DNA of 37,741 nt from a virus (Duplodnaviria > Heunggongvirae > Uroviricota > Caudoviricetes): the IMG/VR virus record IMGVR_UViG_2541047834_000001. The stretch is one strand, 5' to 3'. This document shows positions 25,371-33,139 of this stretch, piece after piece; position 1 is the first letter of the stretch, and each line of letters opens with the position of its first letter. The notes beneath the pieces are model-generated. The model was not told where the DNA came from. It made no database searches and saw only the letters and a program-made list of their open reading frames with translations. The position numbers were made by a program, and so were the translations under genes.

Positions 25371-27883
25371 TGCCAGTCGTACCAACAGTATCCGGACGCC
25401 AGGTTGAGAGCCGTGGAGTTCAGTCAGCAGGCTTGCAGACGTTTTCTCAGCCAGGTATTGGTGATGCTTTTGTTCGGGCAGGGACAGAGGCAATTGATGT
25501 TTTGGGGCAGGCAAAACAGCGTGCCAATATCGCTCTGGCTCAGGAGGCATCTCTTAACCTCAGTCAGATAAGCAGTGATCTGCTGAATAACCCTGAAACA
25601 GGTTTGCTTAACCTGAAAGGGAAAAATGCTATTGGAAAAGGCCATGAGTATACGCAGCAGTTTGATGCTCAGGTCGAACAACTGGCTATGTCGCTGCCGG
25701 ATGAACAGGCTCGTAATGCTTTCATGCAGCAGGCGCAGCAGCAGCGCATTCAGTTCACTACGCAGGCCGGGCGGCACGAGATAGGGCAAATTAATGCCTA
25801 CGAAGAAGGTCAGTTTCAGGCGACGCTGCTGAACAATGGTAAAAATGCCGCAGCATTGTATGGCGACAATGCCGCATACGTATTGGCTAATAAGCAAACT
25901 TTCCAGCAAATTGAGGAGTACGGTGCTGCACATGGCTGGAGCGACGAGCAAATACAGGCCAAGAAAATCGAGTTTAAAGAGAAGGTTGCTGATGCAGCAT
26001 TGTCCCAGTGGTCGGCAAACAATGCGACCGCATTCATCCAAAGTAATGGCGAGTTAAGTGATACTGCTGCTGGAGCTCGCCGTGCTGTAACAGATAGTGG
26101 CTCTTCCGAGCGTGTCCGTGGCATACGCAACAATAACCCCGGAAATCTCGAATACAGCAAAACTAATCCGTGGGTAGGCCAGACCGGTGATGATGGTAGA
26201 TTTGCTAAATTCGAAACACCTGAACACGGGATTCGTGCATTAGGGCGGAACCTGATGTCGTATCAGCGGCAGGGTATTGATACCGTCAGCGAGATAATTA
26301 ATCGCTGGGCACCGCCTACTGATAAAAATGACACTATGTCGTATATCAAAGCAGTGTGCGAACAACTTGGCGTTTCTGCTGATGAGCCTCTCGATGCATC
26401 AAATCCTGATACCCTGAAGGCGCTTTGTGCAGCCATTATCCATCATGAGAACGGTAGCCAGCCATACAGTGATCAGAAGTTAACTGCTGGTGTCAGTGCA
26501 GCACTTGGTTTATCAACAATTCCAACCAACACCAAACGCTATACCGGTAATGCAGCATTCGATGCGGCATCTCCTGAGGCTCAGGCAAGTTTTATGCGGC
26601 AGGCGGATCAACTGCGTCGGCAGCAGCAGGCTGAATATAAAACGATGATTGACAGCCAGGTTCGCGATGCGACGGCTGCGTATATGCGTGGCGTTGAATT
26701 TCCTAACCCACCTGGTGAGGCTGATTTTATTGCAGCTTATGGAGTCAGAGAAGGAAACCTGCGATATACCGAGTTTAAGAATACGCAGATCGCCGGACAG
26801 TATATAGGCTCTTTCCGCAACATGCCGACAAGCAGCATTACAGCATATGTTGAGCAATTACGCCCGGATACTGGTGAGACAGGGGAGGGTTATGCGGCTC
26901 GCGCAGCTCTTTATGACAACGTTGTTTCGGCTGCAAATCAGGTGATAAAGCAGCGGCAGTCTGATCCTGTGCAGTTCTCTCTTGCCTCTGGACAGGCAAA
27001 GCCTATCGACATGAGCAATAAGGATAACTTTGGACAGAGCGTTGCCTTGCGTGCCGCTCAGGTCAGTGACCTTGCTAAGTCATATGGCACTCCACTGACG
27101 TTCTTTTCCAAAGACGAGGCCAATCAGATCGGTGTTTTTTTTCGTGATGCTCCAGTTTCCCAACAGGCAGCATATCTCGATACCATCAGGCAGAGCACTG
27201 GTGGTGGGCAGGTGTATATGTCAGCACTACAGCAGATCAGTGCCAACGCTCCATCTGCTGCCGTTGCCGGGATACTGATGGATAAGCCTGGTGGTATTTT
27301 GGCAGAAAAAAACTGGTTTAATCCGGATGTTTCCGTGTCTCCTGAAACCGCTGCGCAGACAATTCTTGCTGGCGCGGCGGCTCGTAAAGGTACTGATGAT
27401 GCGAAAGGTATTCCGATGCCTAAAGATGCTGATCTTCGCCTTGAGTTTTCTGACATGGTGAAGGATGCATTTGCTGGTGATGCTCAGGGGGCATCAATGG
27501 CATACGAGATCGCAAAGGACTATTACGCTGGTGTGATGGCGAAAAAAGGCGTGATATCAGGCGAAATTGACACTGATATCTGGAAACAGGCTGTTAACGT
27601 AGCTACAGGTGGCGTGCATGACTATAACGGAATGGGGAATGTCCTTTTGCCGTGGGGAATGTCTGCAGAGCAATTCGATAAGCAGGTTAATCAGGCTTGG
27701 AATGAACAAGTTGTCGGCTCCGGGATAAAAACACCGCCTGGTCAGTATGGTTTGCAAAGTTACGGCGATAGTCAGTACCTGGTGAAACTTGGTACTGGTT
27801 ATCTGCTGAAAGATGATGGTTCTCCCGTTGTTCTTAATCTGACACAGAAGCGTCAGAGATTCTCCGGAGATATTCCGCAATGA
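25370..27883 (+). CDS. Internal virion / ejection protein (gp15 position) with a conserved domain (GIRNNNPGNLEY...)
   Basis: About 837 aa from ATG at 25370 (TAATG overlap); ORF track extends to 25295. Confidence 0.65.
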   Translation: MPVVPTVSGRQVESRGVQSAGLQTFSQPGIGDAFVRAGTEAIDVLGQAKQRANIALAQEASLNLSQISSDLLNNPETGLLNLKGKNAIGKGHEYTQQFDAQVEQLAMSLPDEQARNAFMQQAQQQRIQFTTQAGRHEIGQINAYEEGQFQATLLNNGKNAAALYGDNAAYVLANKQTFQQIEEYGAAHGWSDEQIQAKKIEFKEKVADAALSQWSANNATAFIQSNGELSDTAAGARRAVTDSGSSERVRGIRNNNPGNLEYSKTNPWVGQTGDDGRFAKFETPEHGIRALGRNLMSYQRQGIDTVSEIINRWAPPTDKNDTMSYIKAVCEQLGVSADEPLDASNPDTLKALCAAIIHHENGSQPYSDQKLTAGVSAALGLSTIPTNTKRYTGNAAFDAASPEAQASFMRQADQLRRQQQAEYKTMIDSQVRDATAAYMRGVEFPNPPGEADFIAAYGVREGNLRYTEFKNTQIAGQYIGSFRNMPTSSITAYVEQLRPDTGETGEGYAARAALYDNVVSAANQVIKQRQSDPVQFSLASGQAKPIDMSNKDNFGQSVALRAAQVSDLAKSYGTPLTFFSKDEANQIGVFFRDAPVSQQAAYLDTIRQSTGGGQVYMSALQQISANAPSAAVAGILMDKPGGILAEKNWFNPDVSVSPETAAQTILAGAAARKGTDDAKGIPMPKDADLRLEFSDMVKDAFAGDAQGASMAYEIAKDYYAGVMAKKGVISGEIDTDIWKQAVNVATGGVHDYNGMGNVLLPWGMSAEQFDKQVNQAWNEQVVGSGIKTPPGQYGLQSYGDSQYLVKLGTGYLLKDDGSPVVLNLTQKRQRFSGDIPQ

Positions 27884-29682
27884 GTTACTTTGGCCTTAAT
27901 CCAGTAAACCAGAATCAGCAGCTTGACGAAGCAGCATCAAATCCAGCTGGCTTTAACAGCGATGTTGGTTTTTTCGACAATGCTGTAGGAGCGGCATTGT
28001 CTGGTTTGTACTCCGGGCTGGTGGCAAAGCCAGATCAGTTGCTATGGGCAGGGATGGATAAAATCGTATCCCCGATTGCTCAGTTTGTTAACGAAAACAC
28101 CTCGATCAATGACACTTCAGTTTCATACATTGCTGAGCAGAGAAAACTAGCAGAGCAGCAGGTTAAGCGGCTGACGCCTGATGCCGCGACAACCGGAACC
28201 GCCGGGCAGGTCCTTTATGGGTTGTTCGATATGGGCGGGCAGGCTGTTGTCGGTACAACGCTCGGTGGTCCGGTCGGAGGTGCTGCGGCGGTAACTTCTC
28301 TACAGGGTTTTTCTGAGTTTGAACGGCTGACAGCACAGGGTGTTGATTTCAGGACGGCGCAGGAAGCGGGATTAGTGCAGGGTATTACTGCTGGTGCCGG
28401 AACACTGATCCCTATGAGCCTCGGGTTACGTGCTGGTGGTGCACTGGCGGAAGGTGTGGCGGCTCAGCTTGCGCGGACGGGTGAAAGTTCAGTGCGACGC
28501 GCCGCAGCAACAGCAGTACGTGCAACGCCAGATATTGCCTATGCCGCAGGTACAAATATTGCGTTCGGTATGGCACAGCGTGGGCTTACTGCAAAAACGC
28601 TTCGTGATGGTGGCTATAGCGAAATGGCTAACCAGTATGATGTGTTGGATCGACAGGCAATTGCTATTGATGCTGTTCTTGGGGTGGCGTTTGGTGGTGT
28701 CGGCAGATTTATTAACTCTCGCGGCGAGTCTACAAGCGCACCAAATTTTTCACCAGTTGATGTTGATGCTGCACTGGCGGCGAATGCCGCTCATCATGCT
28801 GAAATTGATATTGCGCCCGGCGTGCCGATCAACGTGCTTTCGCGCAATTCTCACATTCAGGCTCTGCGAAAAGCTATGTCTGATGTTAGCCAGGGGAGAC
28901 CTGTAGACGTTGCCAGCATTGTTGAGTCTGCATCTTTCAGTGAAATTCCTGGGCGCAAGAGTCTGCTGTCTCAGGCAGTTAATGAGGCTCTGTCATCTGT
29001 AGATGATGGAGTAACGGCGCGCGCTATAGAAAATCGGTTGCTTGAAGAACAGGCCGCGCAGCTTTTGCCGCGTGGCGATAGACAGGTTTACCAGTCTGAA
29101 ATAGCTAATAGCCAACGAATTATTGAAAATCTCACTGAACAGCGCGCACAAATTCTTGCAGAAGAGCCAACCGGTAGCGGTAAATCTTTGTCTCGTGCTC
29201 GATCAGATAAACAGGTCAGACTTCGCGATATTGACCAACGAATCCGGCAGGCACAAGAACGCCTGGAATTTTCCCGTAACGCGTTGGCACCGCATGAGCC
29301 TGGCGGTCAGTTTTTTGAAGCTCGAGCAGAACTGGCACGGAGACAGCAGGCTGAAAGTGAACTTAATGCTCAGGCTGTTTCATTCTATAAAACAGCAGAG
29401 GTCAGGACGCCAGGCGAAGTAGCTCCTTTTGAGCCTGATAAAATATTGCAACAGGCAGAACAAAAAATGATGGCGGATCAGGCAGGAGATATTGATCTGC
29501 GCATAGCTGAAGACTCGCTGCTTGAATCACCTGACATGATAATCACCGTGCTGGATGATGATGGTAATCCACAATCGCGCAGCGCGCGTGAAGTACTGGA
29601 TGAAGCGAACAGGGAAAGTGAGCAGGCAATACAGGATTCCAGCCTGTTTGATGTCGCTGTGGCGTGTTTCTTGAGAGGTTAA
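27880..29682 (+). CDS. Internal virion / ejection protein (N-terminal part of gp16-like function)
   Basis: 600 aa; ATGA-coupled; Ala/Gly-rich N-terminus and coiled-coil C-terminus. Confidence 0.65.
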   Translation: MSYFGLNPVNQNQQLDEAASNPAGFNSDVGFFDNAVGAALSGLYSGLVAKPDQLLWAGMDKIVSPIAQFVNENTSINDTSVSYIAEQRKLAEQQVKRLTPDAATTGTAGQVLYGLFDMGGQAVVGTTLGGPVGGAAAVTSLQGFSEFERLTAQGVDFRTAQEAGLVQGITAGAGTLIPMSLGLRAGGALAEGVAAQLARTGESSVRRAAATAVRATPDIAYAAGTNIAFGMAQRGLTAKTLRDGGYSEMANQYDVLDRQAIAIDAVLGVAFGGVGRFINSRGESTSAPNFSPVDVDAALAANAAHHAEIDIAPGVPINVLSRNSHIQALRKAMSDVSQGRPVDVASIVESASFSEIPGRKSLLSQAVNEALSSVDDGVTARAIENRLLEEQAAQLLPRGDRQVYQSEIANSQRIIENLTEQRAQILAEEPTGSGKSLSRARSDKQVRLRDIDQRIRQAQERLEFSRNALAPHEPGGQFFEARAELARRQQAESELNAQAVSFYKTAEVRTPGEVAPFEPDKILQQAEQKMMADQAGDIDLRIAEDSLLESPDMIITVLDDDGNPQSRSAREVLDEANRESEQAIQDSSLFDVAVACFLRG

Positions 29683-29687
29683 ATTAA

Positions 29688-32162
29688 ATGAGACAGGAAT
29701 GTATACAAGCGGTCCAGCAGGCGGCGCAGCGCACGTTAACGGCGCGAGAAATACAGAACATTGAAGACCGCATTTATCGAAATATGCGCTCCATTGCTCG
29801 TGATGACCCGATGTCGTGGAGACAACTTTCCGAATCAGAGCGGCTATATCGTGCAGCACAATTGGCATCTGAAGAATTACAGCGAGAAGCGGCATTAAAG
29901 AAACGTCGTGTGGCCCTCACTATAGCCGCACGTCAGAGATTGGATAAATTTATCAATAGCTATCAAGGGGCTGATGGGAAACTTGGCGCTCTTAACCGTA
30001 CTATTGCTTTTAATGCAGACGGTAAATCGAATTTCCTCTCTGTTGAATCCAGAACAAAAGCCACTCGTGATTATGCATTGAGTCAATTGCAGGAGGCATT
30101 CGAAGCAGTTGATCCTCGCTTTTTTGGTCTGTTTGAAGATGAAGCGGGCGTACGTGACCTGGTATATGAAATGCGAGGGCAAAATACTGGCAATGCTAAA
30201 GCAAGAAAAGGTGCTAAGGCGTGGAGAGAAGTGACAGAGCTACTGCGCCGCCGGTTTAATGATGCTGGTGGGGACATTGGCTATCTCGAAAACTGGGGGC
30301 TCCCTCAACATCATTCTATGGAAAAGGTTGGGGCGGTATCAAAGGATAAGTGGGTTAGCGATGTTATAGGTAAGCTGGATCGCAAATATTATACCCGAGC
30401 CGATGGACAACTGATGAACGATGCCGAGTTGTCTGCATTTCTTGGAGAGGCTTATAACACGATCGCTACTGGTGGGCTGAATAAGCTTACTGATACCGGA
30501 ATGCGAATTTCCGGCGCACGTGCTAACCGGGGTAATGCATCACGACAGATACATTTCAAAGATGCAGATTCCTATCTGCAATATCAGCAACTTTATGGCG
30601 ATCGCTCTCTATGGGAAATCATGGTCGGTCACCTGGAAGGTATCAGTAAAGATATTGCACTGGTGGAAACATATGGCCCAAACCCCGATCATGTTTTCCG
30701 CTCTCTTCTTGATCAGGTGAAGGCAGAAACGGCAACAGCTAACCCGAGTAAAACCGGTAAAGTCGAGCGGCTGGCGAACAACACAGAGAATCTGTACAAC
30801 TTTATTTCCGGAAAGACACAGCCTGTAGCGAATCCGCACATCGCGCGATGGTCTGACAATATTCGCAACTGGCTGGTTGCCAGCAGACTCGGATCCGCGT
30901 TGCTGTCATCGTTCTCTGATCTTGGAACCATGTATCTGTCTGCGAAGGTTACCAACCTTCCAATGAACCAGTTATTCCGCAACCAGCTTGAAGCTATGGA
31001 CCCAACGAACCGTACAGAACTTGCGCGGGCGCGCCGCGCTGGTCTGGCGATGGAATCTCTACTTGGCAGCGTTAACCGCTGGGCGATGGATAATATGGGG
31101 CCGTCAGTGTCTCGTTGGGCGGCAACGGCGGTAATGCGTGCCAGTGGGCTTACAGCATGGTCAGATGCGCACAAGCGCGCCTATGGCGTAACCATGATGG
31201 GAAGCCTGGGAGAAGTAGTGTCACGAACACCAGACCTTCGTAGCCTCGATGACTCTGATTTTCGTATCCTGAAAAGCAAAGGGATTACTGACACAGACTG
31301 GAGCGTATGGAAGCTGGCGCAACAGGAGGACTGGGGGAACGGTAATAATACGATGCTGACACCGGAAAGCATTATGCGTATCCCTGATTCAGCAGTTAAA
31401 CATCTTGGTGAGCCTGAACGCGTGAAATTTGAGGCAATGCGTAAACTGCTCGGTGCCGTAACTGAAGAAGTTGATATGGCTGTTATTACACCGGGAGCAC
31501 GTGAGCAACTGATAACCGGTTCTGGTATTCAGCGTGGAACATGGAAAGGTGAATTAACGAGAAGTGTTTTCCTGTTTAAATCGTTCCCTATCTCGGTTGT
31601 TATGCGTCACTGGTCACGCGCTATGGGTATGCCGTCTGCTGGTGGGCGTGCGGCATATATTGCGACGTTTATTGCCAGTACGACCATTCTTGGCGCTTTG
31701 TCGCAACAACTTAACGACCTTGCGTCTGGTCGTAATCCTCGAGAGATGACAGGAGAAGATGCCGCAAAATTCTGGCTTGGTGCTCTACTGAAAGGTGGTG
31801 GTCTTGGCCTTTATGGTGACTTTTTATTGTCAGATCACACTAGGTACGGAAGCGGCGCGCTGGCGTCGATGCTTGGCCCGGTAGCTGGTCTGGTTGATGA
31901 CGTAGTGAAGATTGCTCAGGGCATACCGTTAAATGCTGTGGAAGGGAAGAGTGAGCAGACTGGTGGTGATCTGGTGAAGCTGGGGAAAGGTTTGATGCCA
32001 GGTGCGAATCTCTGGTACTTGAAGGCGGCTCTCGATCACATGATCTTTAATCAGATGCAGGAGTATTTTTCACCAGGCTATTTGCGTAAAATGGAGCAAC
32101 GTTCGAAGAAAGAGTTTAACCAGACATACTGGTGGCGACCTCAGGATGTCACTCCGCAATAA
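29688..32162 (+). CDS. Internal virion / ejection protein (gp16-like, large)
   Basis: 824 aa; synteny. Confidence 0.65.
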   Translation: MRQECIQAVQQAAQRTLTAREIQNIEDRIYRNMRSIARDDPMSWRQLSESERLYRAAQLASEELQREAALKKRRVALTIAARQRLDKFINSYQGADGKLGALNRTIAFNADGKSNFLSVESRTKATRDYALSQLQEAFEAVDPRFFGLFEDEAGVRDLVYEMRGQNTGNAKARKGAKAWREVTELLRRRFNDAGGDIGYLENWGLPQHHSMEKVGAVSKDKWVSDVIGKLDRKYYTRADGQLMNDAELSAFLGEAYNTIATGGLNKLTDTGMRISGARANRGNASRQIHFKDADSYLQYQQLYGDRSLWEIMVGHLEGISKDIALVETYGPNPDHVFRSLLDQVKAETATANPSKTGKVERLANNTENLYNFISGKTQPVANPHIARWSDNIRNWLVASRLGSALLSSFSDLGTMYLSAKVTNLPMNQLFRNQLEAMDPTNRTELARARRAGLAMESLLGSVNRWAMDNMGPSVSRWAATAVMRASGLTAWSDAHKRAYGVTMMGSLGEVVSRTPDLRSLDDSDFRILKSKGITDTDWSVWKLAQQEDWGNGNNTMLTPESIMRIPDSAVKHLGEPERVKFEAMRKLLGAVTEEVDMAVITPGAREQLITGSGIQRGTWKGELTRSVFLFKSFPISVVMRHWSRAMGMPSAGGRAAYIATFIASTTILGALSQQLNDLASGRNPREMTGEDAAKFWLGALLKGGGLGLYGDFLLSDHTRYGSGALASMLGPVAGLVDDVVKIAQGIPLNAVEGKSEQTGGDLVKLGKGLMPGANLWYLKAALDHMIFNQMQEYFSPGYLRKMEQRSKKEFNQTYWWRPQDVTPQ

Positions 32163-32171
32163 GGAAGTGTT

Positions 32172-32345
32172 GTGTTTTTAATTATTTTGAGTGTGATAAT
32201 TTCTGGTGGATTGTTATTTATTGACCGCTACAAATATTTTCTTAACCCTCAGACTCAAGCTATTTGCTGGTTCATCTTTGTTGTGCAGGGAGTAGTTCTT
32301 GTTGCAAGCCTTATTGAGGGGAGGCCTCTTATTTTTACTGGGTAA
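32172..32345 (+). CDS. Small hydrophobic membrane protein (57 aa), AT-rich moron
   Basis: GTG start 4 nt after AAGGAAG; VFLIILSVIISGGLLFIDRYKYFLNPQTQAICWFIFVVQGVVLVASLIEGRPLIFTG; about 30% GC; not in ORF track (size cutoff). Confidence 0.4.
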   Translation: MFLIILSVIISGGLLFIDRYKYFLNPQTQAICWFIFVVQGVVLVASLIEGRPLIFTG

Positions 32346-32357
32346 ATAGGTGACTAC

Positions 32358-32654
32358 ATGCAAGCTATAGGATTCATTGTTTATATCGTCGTTGGTCTTT
32401 TTCAGTTGGCAGCAATTATGGCTGGGCTTGAATCATGGTGGGGATTGCACTGGATAATTGCAGCCCCCATTGCTTTCATCGTGAGCTATATTCCATTTGT
32501 TGGAGCGATTGTTGGTATGGTTGGCGCTGTGGATGTATGGCGGTGGGAGTGGTGGCAGGCTGGCCTTCTCTTCTTTGGTGGGATCATCTTTGCTATTGTC
32601 TGCGGTGGAATGTCATCATTTTTCGAATGGCTATCATTCAGAAAAGGGACGTGA
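32358..32654 (+). CDS. Trp-rich integral membrane protein (98 aa, about 3 TM)
   Basis: Hydrophobic segments; stop embedded in GTGACATGTCAC palindrome; followed by terminator. Confidence 0.55.
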   Translation: MQAIGFIVYIVVGLFQLAAIMAGLESWWGLHWIIAAPIAFIVSYIPFVGAIVGMVGAVDVWRWEWWQAGLLFFGGIIFAIVCGGMSSFFEWLSFRKGT

Positions 32655-32662
32655 CATGTCAC
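32651..32662. promoter_or_regulatory. Perfect 12-bp palindrome GTGACATGTCAC (copy 3)
   Basis: Overlaps stop codon of membrane-protein gene; terminator hairpin starts 2 nt downstream. Confidence 0.45.
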
Positions 32663-32663
32663 A

Positions 32664-32688
32664 GGCCGCTTTCGCGGCCTTTAAATTT
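32664..32688 (+). terminator. Terminator hairpin GGCCGC-TTTC-GCGGCC + TTTAAATTT
   Basis: Perfect 6-bp GC stem with T-rich tail; between convergent genes. Confidence 0.55.
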
Positions 32689-32962
32689 ACCGGGTTTGTT
32701 TTCGTAATTGTTCGGCACAATAGTCGAGATGTGTTTGCAGATCCTGCATAGACATCTGTGAGCTGGTGACATAGTTAATCAGTGCAGTCAGTTCGGCAAG
32801 TGGGCCATCGACATTAAATCCATCCTTATCGAGATCCCGGAGTAATTTCATCAAGTGCGATCCCTCCACCAGTGACCTGACGCCTCCCGGCGTGTGAATC
32901 CTTTCGGTAAATCCGTCTTCCAGTGGATAGTGATACTGCTGCATCTTATCTTCTCCATGCAA
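32687..32962 (-). CDS. Hypothetical soluble protein (91 aa), reverse-oriented moron with own promoter region
   Basis: Only minus-strand gene in the structural module; upstream intergenic 32963-33139 contains an ATTACC-N5-GGTAAT site. Confidence 0.55.
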   Translation of the reverse strand: MHGEDKMQQYHYPLEDGFTERIHTPGGVRSLVEGSHLMKLLRDLDKDGFNVDGPLAELTALINYVTSSQMSMQDLQTHLDYCAEQLRKQTR

Positions 32963-33020
32963 TAACTGTATATTTATACAGTATCAAATAATTTGTTTGC
33001 TATCCAGCACGTTTTGCAAA

Positions 33021-33035
33021 TTACCCGAAAGGTAA
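33021..33035. promoter_or_regulatory. Operator-like palindrome ATTACC-CGAAA-GGTAAT between moron gene and tail fibre gene
   Basis: Perfect half-sites; followed at 33067 by TATGTGGTTTTTAA. Confidence 0.5.
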
Positions 33036-33139
33036 TATCTATTCGTATTCACAGTCTTTCTATCCATATGTGGTTTTTAAGGTAATAGAATAACCAGATA
33101 TGCGGCGCAACGGGTGCTGCGACTATCTGGAGATTTAAC

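Noticed and set aside
25424-26160. Minus-strand ORFs inside the internal virion protein gene
   Set aside because: Antisense to a coupled operon gene, no start context; typical shadow frames.
28430-28906. Alternative-frame + ORF (158 aa) inside 27880-29682
   Set aside because: Out-of-frame overlap with a long, coupled structural gene; Leu/Arg/Trp-rich composition typical of off-frame translation of GC-rich DNA.
32657-32752. Short hydrophobic ORF starting at the ATG inside the GTGACATGTCAC palindrome
   Set aside because: 31 codons, overlaps the 3' end of the minus-strand gene and the terminator hairpin, no RBS; the ATG is more likely a consequence of the palindrome sequence.
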